The notes under the pieces were generated by a model. That model made no database searches and was not told the origin of the DNA. It was given only the letters and a program-made list of their open reading frames with translations. From an uncultured Verrucomicrobiota bacterium (lineage in GTDB: Bacteria; Verrucomicrobiota; CALLYA01), in contig CALLYA010000181.1 in the NCBI GenBank assembly GCA_937875495.1, positions 1-42,547 on the forward strand: a stretch of DNA of 42,547 nucleotides, in the 5' to 3' direction. Made by a program: the position numbers and the translations under genes. Shown piece after piece: positions 42,444 to 42,547 of this stretch (positions are counted from its first letter, which is position 1; each line of letters starts with the position of its first letter).

Positions 42444-42547
42444 CTAGAGGTCGTCCGAAAGGGTAGATGGCGAAGCAAGATCGGGGTCGGGGTCGCTATC
42501 GGTCTCGGTATCGAAAGGACGCGGGATGGGATTCGGACACGAGAAAC
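42444..42547 (-). other. 3' end of a gene running off the window, possibly another four-helix-bundle copy
   Basis: ...FDTETDSDPDPDLASPSTLSDDL-stop. The acidic D/P tail resembles the one at 24845, and the stop lies inside the shared TTTCGGACGACCTCTAG module. Confidence 0.3.

Noticed and set aside
1-42547. tRNA, rRNA, tmRNA or riboswitch genes
   Set aside because: I scanned the spacers (5100..5670, 13040..13900, 16440..16590, 20860..21160, 23730..24010, 39550..39760) by eye for tRNA-like T-loop/acceptor patterns and found none. GGTTCGATA near 5264 lacks any cloverleaf context. This cannot be excluded without tRNAscan or cmscan.

Overview
This 42.5 kb window has two compositionally different parts. 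From 1 to 22 kb it is high-GC chromosomal backbone. Gene content alone suggests a PVC-type bacterium (Verrucomicrobiota/Kiritimatiellota-like). It carries two secreted LamG/beta-helix proteins, a ~1100-aa GH106-like glycosidase, a frame-split 5TMR-LYT hybrid histidine kinase, class II fructose-bisphosphate aldolase, a compact Tat-exported [NiFe]-hydrogenase operon (small subunit, large subunit, maturation protease), a Tat-signal Gfo/Idh/MocA oxidoreductase and a ferredoxin-nitroreductase. From 22 to 23.9 kb lies a wrecked type I restriction-modification locus with hsdR and hsdS debris. It still holds an intact four-helix-bundle-suffix/topoisomerase-type Zn-finger gene, preceded by dyad arrays of 9-bp-phased TGAC/GTCA motifs. 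The main finding is at 25.2-38.9 kb. About 24 short, mostly uncharacterised ORFs all lie on the minus strand in visibly more AT-rich DNA. They are separated by imperfect palindromes bounded by RYYYAAC...GTTRRRY cores (typically GCCTAAC / GTTAGGC). Stop codons sit inside the inverse core, and an RBS plus ATG follow directly after the core. I read this as an integron-type gene-cassette array with no integrase in the window (CALIN-like). Several cassettes are decaying through frameshifts or an in-frame TGA. One two-gene cassette (a nucleoside-2-deoxyribosyltransferase/TIR-like protein plus a Zn-ribbon protein) is a candidate undescribed nucleotide-targeting or defence module. Several undescribed repeat families are layered on top. 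One is a 34/167-bp element showing an empty-site versus filled-site relationship. One is a mosaic ~150-350 bp repeat that truncates HAD, MazF and SnoaL genes. One is a REP-like hairpin with compensatory stem changes, and a RAYT-like transposase remnant lies elsewhere in the window. There are also 9-bp-phased GTC(C/A) minisatellites in promoter-proximal spacers, and four-helix-bundle gene copies or remnants. No rRNA, tRNA or CRISPR array was recognised. All functional calls come from motif recognition by eye and need HMM or structure searches.
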